Source: a virus
Strand: one strand, 5' to 3'
Length of the DNA: 64,000 bases
Virus record (IMG/VR): IMGVR_UViG_3300046477_000550
Both the position numbers and the translations under genes were made by a program. How positions within the stretch are numbered: the stretch's first letter is position 1; each line of letters starts with the position of its first letter. The notes beneath the pieces are model-generated. The model was not told the origin of the DNA. It was given only the letters and a program-made list of their open reading frames with translations, and made no database searches. Positions 1-8,710 of the stretch are shown in pieces.

Positions 1-210
1 GACCTTCCAGGCGACGATCAGACCGGCCAGGAGTTTGTAGCTGGCCGCCAGGCCGTCCTTCGGGTTGAGGGGCTCACCCTTGTCGTTGAGCGGGACGTCC
101 TCAGGGGAGAGCATGTCGGGGGGCAGGAGCTGCGGGTTCTTGATGAGGACGCTGACGTCGTCGCCGAGTTCGGGGAATGTCAGCAGCCTGTAGGGCTCGG
201 TGTAGCTCAC
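1..210 (-). CDS. tail assembly chaperone-like protein (3' end beyond window)
   Basis: GTG at 210 with AAGGAG 7 nt upstream. Reads VSYTEPYRLLTFPELGDDVSVLIKNPQ. Lies directly downstream of the tail tube gene, the usual chaperone position. Open to the window edge. Confidence 0.45.
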   Translation of the reverse strand, partial: MSYTEPYRLLTFPELGDDVSVLIKNPQLLPPDMLSPEDVPLNDKGEPLNPKDGLAASYKLLAGLIVAWKV

Positions 211-302
211 GGTGGTTCTCCTTGCGGGTGAGGACGTTGAGGGCGTAGACCCTGGCCGTGCCGCGACGCCCTCATGCGCGGGCACGGCCAGGGAGTTACT
301 GA

Positions 303-1466
303 TCAGTAAGCAGCGGCGGTGTAGTTCTTCAGCACGGCCTGCACCGAACCCGAGTCGGTGGCGTTGTAGATGCCGTTGATCGAGAAGTCGGCCGCCACAT
401 AGGTGCCACTGATGTCCGGCTTGCCCTTCGACCAGCCGCCCTGTGTCGTCGTCAGCGTCAGCGACGACCCGTTCGCATCGACACCGGCGCCGACCGGGGC
501 GGTGAGCGCCATCGTCGTCGGGTTGCCCTGCAGGGCCTGCAGGTAGAGGTTGTAGTCGACGTCGGACTCGTAGATCGCCTTGTAGGTGATGTCCGCGTCG
601 AGGACGCCGGAGAACACCTCACGCGGCTGCTGCGTGCCGTTACTCGCATGGATGGCCTCGATGGGCCGCTTCAGCGCCAGCTCGTAGGACAGGCCGCGCG
701 TCGAGGTGGCGCCCGCATTGGTCATGGCGAACTGCCAGCCCAGCAGCGGCGCAGGCTGCGAGAACGCGGGCGTGAACGGGCCCGCCTGGATGGCAGGGAT
801 CCACCCCATGTACTTGGCGCTGCAGGTGACGATGCCCTTCGGGTCCACCTTGAGGCTGACGTCGGAGAGCATGCAGCCGGTGTAGCCCCACGCCTCCAGC
901 ACGTTCGACTCGGTGATCGAGTACGTCGGCTTCGCGACGGTCGCCGACTGCTTGAACGTGTGCGTCGTCTGCGAGACGACCGCCACGGCCGAGGTGTGGG
1001 CATACGTCAGGCCGGTGGCGGGGGTGGCGATGGGGATCGTGTACGGGCCGGACCCGGTGGGGGTGCCGGTGGTGGCGTACTCGATCTTCGTACCGGTGTC
1101 GATCATGATGGTGGAGCCGAGAGGAATCGACGCCGCCACACTGATCGATGTGGCCCCGGCGATCGTCGAGGCGGACAGGGTCGTCGAGATGCCCGCCGAC
1201 ACGGTGTCCGGCCCGATGATCCGCAGGGCGTAGCCGAGCGCGTCCGGGTAGCCGTTGAACTCAAGGTCGACCGTCGAGTCCCCGGCGCCCTGGTAGAGGC
1301 CCTGCAGGTTGGAGTCGTTGCTGCGGTACGACGTGTCCTGCAACTGGTCGTAGTTGATCTCGGGGTCGATTTTCGTGCAGGCCAGGAAGTACGAGGGCGT
1401 CACCCACGTGCCCTGCACAGTCTCCTTCGCGAGGCCCACATATCCGAGCCGTCCCAGCAGCGTCAC
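303..1466 (-). CDS. major tail (tube) protein
   Basis: 387-aa beta-rich ORF with GTG start and GAAGGTGAG RBS. Last large gene in the capsid-neck-tail order. The call is positional, with no diagnostic motif. Confidence 0.6.
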   Translation of the reverse strand: MTLLGRLGYVGLAKETVQGTWVTPSYFLACTKIDPEINYDQLQDTSYRSNDSNLQGLYQGAGDSTVDLEFNGYPDALGYALRIIGPDTVSAGISTTLSASTIAGATSISVAASIPLGSTIMIDTGTKIEYATTGTPTGSGPYTIPIATPATGLTYAHTSAVAVVSQTTHTFKQSATVAKPTYSITESNVLEAWGYTGCMLSDVSLKVDPKGIVTCSAKYMGWIPAIQAGPFTPAFSQPAPLLGWQFAMTNAGATSTRGLSYELALKRPIEAIHASNGTQQPREVFSGVLDADITYKAIYESDVDYNLYLQALQGNPTTMALTAPVGAGVDANGSSLTLTTTQGGWSKGKPDISGTYVAADFSINGIYNATDSGSVQAVLKNYTAAAY

Positions 1467-1723
1467 CGCGACTCACCTTCGTCCTTCGTGTCGGTGTCCG
1501 CGGTGGTGGTGCGCTTCCTGGTGGGCTTCGGCGTCTCGTCGGCCTTCGCCTCGGCCTTCGGCGCCTCGACTGCCGTCCAGCCGTCGAGGAGCGCCGGGAA
1601 GGTGGCCTCGTCGCCCGGCAGGACGGCGTAGGCCGGGTGGCCTTCGGTCTCGGCGACGTTGTAGATGTAGGGGGTGGTGTTGCGCTGCCGCACCGGAGGC
1701 GGCGTCTCTTCGGACTCGGGCAC
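1463..1723 (-). CDS. hypothetical protein (neck/tail module)
   Basis: 86-aa ORF with a GTGA overlap onto the tail tube start. Confidence 0.5.
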   Translation of the reverse strand: MPESEETPPPVRQRNTTPYIYNVAETEGHPAYAVLPGDEATFPALLDGWTAVEAPKAEAKADETPKPTRKRTTTADTDTKDEGESR

Positions 1724-1798
1724 GGGGGCTCCTCGCGGACATCTGCGGGCATGAAAAAGGGCCCCCGCGAGGCGAGAGCCAGAAGGAAGGGCGCCGGG

Positions 1799-2290
1799 TC
1801 AGGACGTGTAGTCCTGGTCGTCCGCCTGGTAGGTGATCGAGCACGTCAGGTCGGCGTTCGCCTGGATGGTCTGTTCCGGGTCCGCGAAGACGACGTTGAT
1901 CGTCGTCGGATCCTCGGCGACGGACAGGAATCGCGCCCCGTGGGTCTTGTCCTGGAACAGGCCCGACACGCGCTGGATGACCAACTCAACGGCGACATCC
2001 AGGTCGGCCTGAACGGACTCGGCCTGCCCGGACGACGAGGTTTGCGGCCAGACGATCTGCAGCTCGAACCCGTAATGGTTGATCTTCCGGTTGAAGCCGA
2101 AACGCTCCGCTACGATCGATCGCCGCAGCACGTACAGGGACCGGCGCCGCTTGGCCGGAGTGCGCGGGCGACGCGCCTGCACCACATCGAACGGGCCGCC
2201 GTATGCCGCCAGCAGCCCAGGCAGACCGTCGGCAGCGTCGTAGGCGGCCAGCCATGCTGCCTCGCGGTCCACGGCATCCGCTGAACTCAC
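1799..2290 (-). CDS. neck / tail terminator-like protein
   Basis: 163-aa ORF between the capsid and tail tube genes. Assignment rests on size and position only. Confidence 0.45.
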   Translation of the reverse strand: MSSADAVDREAAWLAAYDAADGLPGLLAAYGGPFDVVQARRPRTPAKRRRSLYVLRRSIVAERFGFNRKINHYGFELQIVWPQTSSSGQAESVQADLDVAVELVIQRVSGLFQDKTHGARFLSVAEDPTTINVVFADPEQTIQANADLTCSITYQADDQDYTS

Positions 2291-2303
2291 CAGGCACCCC
2301 CGC

Positions 2304-2972
2304 TCACGTGCGCTGGTAGTTGCAAAGGATCTTTTCCGCCTGCGCGGCTAGCGCCCCCTGGTCGTGAGAGAACTGCGTCCCGGCCGGGTCGATCTCACCG
2401 AGCGCGAGGACGGCGGCCTGCAACTTGCCGGCCCGCCCCAGATCCGCCGGGACGGTGGTGTAGCCGCCGTCGTAAACGGTTCGGATCAGGGAGCCGAGCG
2501 GGAGGAACGTGCCGAGCGTGAACCAGATGTGCCCGGAGTCCGGCTCGGCGCCGATCAGCGACGCGGCATTCATGATCTGCGAGCCGCCGTATGACCGCAG
2601 AATGGTGACCTGCAGGCCGGAGTAGGTCCACATGTCCGGGTAGCGGCCGGCGAACTCGTTGAGCCACACGTGCCGGACCTGGTCGCCAGCACCGAGCGCA
2701 TTGGAGTACGACCTGCCGAGAGTCCCCTGAAGGTCCATGGGGAGGTTCGCGGCATCGGTGTACTCATCCGGGTCGATGCCCGTCGCCCTGTGAGTCTCCG
2801 GCAGGCCCGTGAAAGGCGCCAGGCGGCGTCCGCACATGCCCTCACACTGCCGGGTGGACTCGATCATCAACTGATCGAGGGCGTCCGCACTGTAGTCGCG
2901 GACCAGGTCGGCGAACTGCCCGGTCTGCATGTCCGCCGAGGTCGCAAGCGGGACCGGAGAGTCCGCGGCCAT
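2304..2972 (-). CDS. head-tail connector/adaptor-like protein
   Basis: 222-aa ORF in the neck gene position. Assignment is positional. Confidence 0.45.
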   Translation of the reverse strand: MAADSPVPLATSADMQTGQFADLVRDYSADALDQLMIESTRQCEGMCGRRLAPFTGLPETHRATGIDPDEYTDAANLPMDLQGTLGRSYSNALGAGDQVRHVWLNEFAGRYPDMWTYSGLQVTILRSYGGSQIMNAASLIGAEPDSGHIWFTLGTFLPLGSLIRTVYDGGYTTVPADLGRAGKLQAAVLALGEIDPAGTQFSHDQGALAAQAEKILCNYQRT

Positions 2973-2975
2973 CGG

Positions 2976-3329
2976 CTACTCCTCGACAGAGGCAGGCTTG
3001 CGGGCGGCCGTCTTCTTCGCCGCGGTCTTCTTCGCTGCAGGCTTCGCCTCGGGCTCGGCGGGCGGCGCGTCCGGGTCGATCTCAGAGATCTCCGGGTTCA
3101 TGTCCGGCTCGACCGGCGATTCCGGGTCGTCGTCGACCGGCGGTTCCGGGTCGGTGTCGTCGGGCGCCGAATCGTCCTCAGCGTCCGGCAGTACGAGGGT
3201 GAACCCGCCGTCGGGGATGGCGAGGAGTTCCTCAGCCTCCTCGTGCGGCATGTCGACGACTGCGCCGTCTTCGTCCCAGGCGTGACCGAACGAGTCGCTG
3301 CCCGCCCGGTCCTTGCGGATGAGCGGCAT
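2976..3329 (-). CDS. acidic hypothetical protein
   Basis: 117-aa ORF just downstream of the capsid gene. Asp/Glu/Pro-rich centre with a Lys/Ala-rich tail (AAKKTAAKKTAARK). Confidence 0.5.
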   Translation of the reverse strand: MPLIRKDRAGSDSFGHAWDEDGAVVDMPHEEAEELLAIPDGGFTLVLPDAEDDSAPDDTDPEPPVDDDPESPVEPDMNPEISEIDPDAPPAEPEAKPAAKKTAAKKTAARKPASVEE

Positions 3330-3393
3330 GAGCGCGCTCCTTTCGGCGTTGGGACGGTGGCGCGCAGCCGTGTGCCGCGCGCCACCGTGGGAG

Positions 3394-4770
3394 TCAGCTC
3401 GTCAGCGACGAGGAGACGCGGCTGATCCGGCCCGTGTACTTCGGCGCCCGCACCGCGAGCGCGCAGTCCGAGACGATCGCGTAGGGCATCTGGTCCGGGG
3501 CGGACGTCGTCGGATACACATCCAAGGGCTCCAGCTCTCGGACGTAGGGCCGCAGCAGGAACTGGGGGTCGCGGGCGATGAGGTAGATGTTCTCCGACCC
3601 CGCCGCCTGCGGCTTCATGGCCGCATTGGTGCCCACGTAGGCGGCCGGGATGTTGGCGGGAACGGTGGAGCCGTTCTTCGGGGTGAGCTTCGCGCCGTCG
3701 TCGAGGATCGACGTCGTGAGGATCGGCGTGACACCGTCCGCAGCGATACCGACGGTGGCGTCGACGTAGCCGAGGAACGTCTCCGCAGTCGTCGCCGTGG
3801 ACCGGAACACCTTGTACAGGTTCGGCTGCGCGCCGTCGTAGCCGCCCGGCGTCGAGAACGACAGGGTGACCGTCGACGTGGCGCCCGTGGTGGTCTGGGA
3901 GACCTCGACGGACGGCAGGATCTCGCCCTGGCGGGCGATGACCGGCGCGATCTGGTAGTAGTACGTGGCCGCGGCCAGAGTGCCGCCGGTGGTGGCGGTC
4001 GCCGTGGTGACCGCACCCATCTGGTAGGACCGCGCCGACAGGAACGAGCTGGTCACCATCGGGATACCCCGGTAGGCCTGCACGTTGAGACCCGCGGCGA
4101 CCTCGGTGGGGCTGAGGTAGCGCTGGTTGGCGATGGCGAGCTGCGCGATGCGCGACTCGGCGGTGGAGGACATGACGAACATCCAGCCCGGACCGTTGAT
4201 CTTCATGGCGGCCTGCTGCTCCACCATGTCGATGAGCTTGTCGAGCCAGCCCAGCGACAGCGAGGCGTTCGCGGCGTCGGCCGCGTTCTGGGTGCCGCCG
4301 GAGAACGTGGACACGAGGCTGTCGAGGCCGTCGAACTGCGGGTAGCCGCCCAGCGACGTGGACCCGGAGTTGCCCCACAGGACGGCGTTCTCGATGTCCC
4401 AGTACAGGCCCTGGATGGAGCCCTCGATCTCCTGCGCCCGCAGGTCCCCGGCAAGTCCGCGGGTGACGGCCTGCGCGTAGCCGGTGACGGCGCCGACGGA
4501 CTGCAGGTTGCGGATCGTGAACTGGTTCTGCACGTAGGTCGAGTTGGTGACCGGGCGGGCCCCGCCGTCGGACACGAAGCCGCCTGCCGCGCGGGCGGTG
4601 CGCTGGTTGAAGTAGTAGACGTTGGAGTCCCACTTGCGGGTGGGGATGGCCCGCACGAGGGGGGCGTAGCGCCGCTGGTACTCCAGCAGCATCGGGTCGA
4701 CGATGGTCGGGGTGAGGGCGGCTGCGCCTGCGGCGGTCAGCGCCTCGCGGAGTTCGGCCTGGCTGGGCAT
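3394..4770 (-). CDS. major capsid protein (HK97-fold type)
   Basis: ATG at 4770 with GGAAGG RBS, so the 4842 start of the ORF track is an upstream extension. 458 aa, directly after the protease-scaffold gene. Carries an Ig/FN3-like insertion (TYYYQIAPV...NLYKVFRS). Confidence 0.75.
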   Translation of the reverse strand: MPSQAELREALTAAGAAALTPTIVDPMLLEYQRRYAPLVRAIPTRKWDSNVYYFNQRTARAAGGFVSDGGARPVTNSTYVQNQFTIRNLQSVGAVTGYAQAVTRGLAGDLRAQEIEGSIQGLYWDIENAVLWGNSGSTSLGGYPQFDGLDSLVSTFSGGTQNAADAANASLSLGWLDKLIDMVEQQAAMKINGPGWMFVMSSTAESRIAQLAIANQRYLSPTEVAAGLNVQAYRGIPMVTSSFLSARSYQMGAVTTATATTGGTLAAATYYYQIAPVIARQGEILPSVEVSQTTTGATSTVTLSFSTPGGYDGAQPNLYKVFRSTATTAETFLGYVDATVGIAADGVTPILTTSILDDGAKLTPKNGSTVPANIPAAYVGTNAAMKPQAAGSENIYLIARDPQFLLRPYVRELEPLDVYPTTSAPDQMPYAIVSDCALAVRAPKYTGRISRVSSSLTS

Positions 4771-4897
4771 GGTGTTGCCTTCCGGCAGTGGTGGGTATGG
4801 CGAAGCCCCGCGCACGGGGTGCGGGCGGGGCGGCGTGACCATCTCTGCCGAGCGGCACCAGCAGACGGCTGGCGGTCAGGTGGGGCGGGGCTGCGCG

Positions 4898-6715
4898 TCA
4901 GGCACGGTCTCCGAGAATGGCGCTCACGGTCGCCGGGGAGACGTGCGTGCGGAACTCCTCGTCGGTGTACTCGTGGAGCGGCTTCGCGGGCCAGCCCTCA
5001 GGGAGGCCCGCACCGGCGACCGGCGCAGTGTGCTCGGTGACCGGGGCGACGAGACCCTTGCGGGCCGGCCCGCCGGTCGCTTCGACGTGCTCCTGCACGG
5101 CCTTCGGCAGGGCGGCGGCGAGACCTTCGGAGACGAGGCGGCTGATGCGCTGCTCTTCGGTCTCGGCCACCTCCGCCGCAGCCGGGGCCGCGGCCTCGAC
5201 GACGGTGTCGGCCGCCGGAGCGGACTCGGTGGTGGGTGCCGGAACGGCGGCCGGGGTGACGGCGGCGAGGAGCTGCTTGAACTGGTCGTCGGTCAGGTGG
5301 ACCCCACCAGCGGCGGGGGCGGCGGCCGTGTCGGCTGCCGGGGTGGTGGACTCCGCCATGGCGGGCTCCTCTTCCTGGGTGGGGGTTTCGGCGACCGGTG
5401 AATCCGGCGCCGGAGTCTGGGTGCCGCCGTCGGCCAATCCAGCGGCAACAGCCGAACCGCTCTCGGCGAGTTGCACAGTCGGCGACTCAACGGCGGTCTC
5501 CATCGCGTCGTCGTCCTCGCCCATGCAGTGCACGCACTGGCCCTCGGCGCACTCGCACGGGCAGGCGCCAGGCGTCTCGGGGATCGCGCAGCCGCAGTCG
5601 CACGGGCACGGGGCGCCCGCGGCGGTCGCCGGTTCGTCGCCGTCCGGCGAACCCGGGGTGTCGACGTCGCCGTCCATGTCCGGGTCGATGTTCGCCAGGG
5701 TCTGGGCGGCACCGGCCATCGCAGCGCGGCCGACGGCGTCGAGGTCGTGGGGGTCGAGCGAGTACGAGGAGACGGTGACCGTGGTCGGCCCGTTCGTCAG
5801 CGACACGTACAGGTTTCCGGCATCACCGGAGTCCATGCCCCAGCACTCGGCGAGAGCCTCGGTCACCTGGATGGCGGGCTCGATCAGCCAGCCCTCTTGG
5901 GTGTCGACCGTGACGCCGAACTTCTTCAGGGCCTTGACGATGCGCTGCTTGATCCGCTTGAGCTGGGCGGAAGTGTAGTCGCGGGCGTTATCGGCCTGCC
6001 CGATGTACGCCCATGCGGCTTTCGCCTTGGCCTTACTGGAGATGTCGTAGCGCTGCTTCTTGTCGGACTGGTAGCCCGGGTCGGCGTAGGCGGTGCTGTC
6101 TCCGGATAGGCCTGAGCCGCGCTTCGACACGGCCGGAGTGTCGGCCTCGGTCGTGGTGGTCACCAGCGCCTCCTGTACTGACTCATGGATCAGCACCCGT
6201 CCGTCGGATGCCGTCTCCGCCGGGGCGCTGGCGGCCTCCGCGGGGGTGAATGTGTCGACCTGAGCGCCGGGCACGCCGGGCTTCCTCGTGAAATCAAGCC
6301 CATCGAGTTCCAAGTCGTCACTGGTCTCAACGGGCGAGCCGTCTGGTCCCGGCTCCCGCCGCACCTTTCCCACCCACGCCCCGCGGATCGACACTCCGCG
6401 CAGGAACGGCGGCCCGTCGGTGTCGTCGACGAGAGCGGCGATCGTCTGGCCCGCCACCGTATTCACCAGGTCCGCGGTGTACTTCGCCGATCCGTCCTCC
6501 GCGAGGGTGACCGACGTGAGTCGACCGGCGATCTGCGTGGAATCGTCGTCGGCTGCATGGTGGGTGAGCATCGCCAGGGGCATCGAGCCCTCGTCGATGC
6601 GCTCTCGGGCCCGCTGTACGGCCTTCGCGATGTTCTCGACGGTGTAGAGGCGCCGGTTGCGGCTGATGCCGGGTACGAGCGCGGTCCCGGAGATGGTGCC
6701 GATCCGGCGCCCCAT
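4898..6715 (-). CDS. capsid maturation protease (S78-like) fused to scaffolding domain
   Basis: The N-terminus shows the prohead-protease pattern (MLTHHAADD...IAGRL...LRGVSIRGAW). The centre has a YADPGYQSDKKQRYDI...AAWAY scaffold-type motif. The C-terminus is Ala/Pro/Glu-rich. ATG at 6715, with an alternative GTG at 6739 overlapping the upstream stop. Confidence 0.7.
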   Translation of the reverse strand: MGRRIGTISGTALVPGISRNRRLYTVENIAKAVQRARERIDEGSMPLAMLTHHAADDDSTQIAGRLTSVTLAEDGSAKYTADLVNTVAGQTIAALVDDTDGPPFLRGVSIRGAWVGKVRREPGPDGSPVETSDDLELDGLDFTRKPGVPGAQVDTFTPAEAASAPAETASDGRVLIHESVQEALVTTTTEADTPAVSKRGSGLSGDSTAYADPGYQSDKKQRYDISSKAKAKAAWAYIGQADNARDYTSAQLKRIKQRIVKALKKFGVTVDTQEGWLIEPAIQVTEALAECWGMDSGDAGNLYVSLTNGPTTVTVSSYSLDPHDLDAVGRAAMAGAAQTLANIDPDMDGDVDTPGSPDGDEPATAAGAPCPCDCGCAIPETPGACPCECAEGQCVHCMGEDDDAMETAVESPTVQLAESGSAVAAGLADGGTQTPAPDSPVAETPTQEEEPAMAESTTPAADTAAAPAAGGVHLTDDQFKQLLAAVTPAAVPAPTTESAPAADTVVEAAAPAAAEVAETEEQRISRLVSEGLAAALPKAVQEHVEATGGPARKGLVAPVTEHTAPVAGAGLPEGWPAKPLHEYTDEEFRTHVSPATVSAILGDRA

Positions 6716-6735
6716 GATGCGTGCGGCCACTGCGG

Positions 6736-7131
6736 TCACCTTCCGATCAGCGCGATGGATGCCTGCGGGTAGACCGGGTTGGTGCCGCCGAGGGTCCAGG
6801 TGACGCGGCCCAGGTTCGGGAGGACCATGGCCGCCGTGCTGGGCATGTGGAGTCCGGCGAACGCGGAGGCACGCCCGGCCGATGTGGTCATCTGTGTGAT
6901 CTTCGCGATGGCCGGATACCAGTTGCCGTCGGGGTCCTGCACGTCGAGTCCGACGTCGAGCGTGGGGGTCGTGCCGGTCGGCGTACCGACAACTGCGACG
7001 GCGAGCCACACATCGCTGATGTCGGTCAGGCTGATGACCGGGCCGTTCGTTGTGGCGGCGCCGGACAGGGTGGGCGGCGTGCCGGATGGGGTCAGGTTCC
7101 ACAAGACCCGGGCCGGGCGGTAGATGCTCAT
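6736..7131 (-). CDS. hypothetical protein (head module)
   Basis: 131-aa Thr/Gly/Pro-rich beta-type ORF between the MuF and protease genes. Confidence 0.55.
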   Translation of the reverse strand: MSIYRPARVLWNLTPSGTPPTLSGAATTNGPVISLTDISDVWLAVAVVGTPTGTTPTLDVGLDVQDPDGNWYPAIAKITQMTTSAGRASAFAGLHMPSTAAMVLPNLGRVTWTLGGTNPVYPQASIALIGR

Positions 7132-7144
7132 CGGGGTCTCCAGG

Positions 7145-8611
7145 TCATGTGAACCAGGCGGCGAAGTGGCCGAGGTCGACGGATGCGGATACGAAGCACC
7201 GGCATCGCGGGTGCGCGGGCCACTCCGGCAGGTCGCCGGGCGCCCACGGATTTCCGGCTTCGTTGGCCTCGCAAGCCGGACAGACGCGGCCGTCGCCGAC
7301 TGACAGCCAGTCGCAGGTCAGTACGCCTTCGGACTGGTACAGGGCGAGCGCTCCCCCGGCGGCTGCGCTGGTGATGGCCCAGTCGGTGATGAAGCCGACG
7401 TCGTCGTCCGGATCGTCTTCGTCGGGGGTGAGAGCGTCTTCGGCGGCGTCGGTCATGGTGTCGCGGTCGTCGCCACGGTCGGCGCTCTGCTGAAGGATCC
7501 GGGCGAGCGAGGCTTCTGCTCGCCGGATGAGGCGGGTGAGCCATGTGTCCACGGCTGCGCCTGCGTCGTCGAGGCGTTGCACGTCCTGGTAGGCGTCGGC
7601 GAAGGCGGCGTTCCAGTCGAGGCCTGCGCGTCCTGCCTGCTCGGCGGCGACGGCCACAGCGTTGACCATGCCCTCGGCGTGGCCTGCATTGAGGGCGTCC
7701 CGGAGTGCGGCGCGGAGGGTGTGCCATGCGGGGAGGTTGGGGAGCGCGGCGAGCATGGCGGTTGCGGCCAGGGCTGCGGCGGTCTTCTGATCGTCGCTGT
7801 TGGCTTCGGTGAGTCCGACGCTGCGGCGGAAACTGTCGACGGTGGCGGTGATCGCGTCGCGGTCGACGAGTTGCCGCCAGGCGTCGGCGACGATCCGGGT
7901 GTGCTCGCGCAGTTTCTCCTCGCGGCGCCGGAAGAGGAGCGCCCACATCCCTTCGAGCTTGCCGAGGTCAACGGCGACTTCGAGGATGCGCGGATCGTCG
8001 GCATACTCGATCGCGGTCTGGACGGCGGCGGTGCTCGCGGCCTTCACTCGTTCCGTGAGCGGGCCTCCCGAGGCGGCCCACCCGGCAGCGAACGCCTCCC
8101 GCGCCGGGGCCGCGATGGGATGTTCCAGTGGGCTGTCGGTGCGGTCGGCGCCGTGGACTGCGGCCAGCGCGGCGAATTCCACCGGGGTAGCTTCGAGGCG
8201 GTCGAGAGGTGACGGCTCGTCGGCGGCGATGTAGGTCACGGTCATGTGGGCGCAATAGCCGTGGTCTCGCGGGATCTGGATGCCTCGTTCGGCGAGTGCG
8301 TCCAGGGTGTCGCGCCGCAGGTCTTCGAGGTCGGACGAGTCGATGAGAGCGACGATGACGTCCTTGTCACCGCCGGTGAAGCGAGCCAGTCCGGAGATCT
8401 GCGCCTTGACCGGCTTGCGGGCCGCCAGCTCTGCGACGACCTCGCGGAACTCGTCGCCATCAATGTCGTCCGCATCACCGAGGTAGACGACCGTGACGTG
8501 CATTTCGTCGGGCGGGAGGCCGCCTTCGACTGCCAGCTTCTCGGCGACTTCGGGCGGCGGATAGAGGGCGATCATGCAGCCGTCGGAGTAGTCCGGGGAT
8601 GTCACGGCCAC
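7145..8611 (-). CDS. 2H phosphoesterase (LigT-like) / MuF-like minor head protein fusion
   Basis: The N-terminal ~165 aa has two H-x-T-x motifs (HVTV at aa 38, HMTV at aa 122). The C-terminus ends in VCPACEAN...WPAHPRCRCF, as in the SPP1 gp7/Mu F family. The gene follows the portal gene. Confidence 0.75.
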   Translation of the reverse strand: MAVTSPDYSDGCMIALYPPPEVAEKLAVEGGLPPDEMHVTVVYLGDADDIDGDEFREVVAELAARKPVKAQISGLARFTGGDKDVIVALIDSSDLEDLRRDTLDALAERGIQIPRDHGYCAHMTVTYIAADEPSPLDRLEATPVEFAALAAVHGADRTDSPLEHPIAAPAREAFAAGWAASGGPLTERVKAASTAAVQTAIEYADDPRILEVAVDLGKLEGMWALLFRRREEKLREHTRIVADAWRQLVDRDAITATVDSFRRSVGLTEANSDDQKTAAALAATAMLAALPNLPAWHTLRAALRDALNAGHAEGMVNAVAVAAEQAGRAGLDWNAAFADAYQDVQRLDDAGAAVDTWLTRLIRRAEASLARILQQSADRGDDRDTMTDAAEDALTPDEDDPDDDVGFITDWAITSAAAGGALALYQSEGVLTCDWLSVGDGRVCPACEANEAGNPWAPGDLPEWPAHPRCRCFVSASVDLGHFAAWFT

Positions 8612-8620
8612 CCCCTACCG

Positions 8621-8710
8621 TCAGCCGACTCGCTTCTTGATGAGCGGGAGGACGTCCTTTGCCCGCAGCGGGTGCGGGGGTTCCGGTGGCGGTTCAGGCG
8701 GCGTGCTCAT
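8621..8710 (-). CDS. 29-aa ORF between portal and MuF genes
   Basis: ATG at 8710 preceded by GGGAGGTGG. Reads MSTPPEPPPEPPHPLRAKDVLPLIKKRVG. Overlaps the portal 3' end by 17 nt. Confidence 0.3.
   Translation of the reverse strand: MSTPPEPPPEPPHPLRAKDVLPLIKKRVG

Noticed and set aside
3098-5040. Very long ORFs overlapping the capsid gene: 3098-4858 on the minus strand (586 aa) and 3313-5040 on the plus strand (575 aa).
   Set aside because: They have Arg/Pro/Gly/His-rich composition, no RBS and no motifs, and they overlap a well-supported capsid gene. They are typical shadow ORFs of G+C-rich DNA, where alternative frames rarely contain stops.
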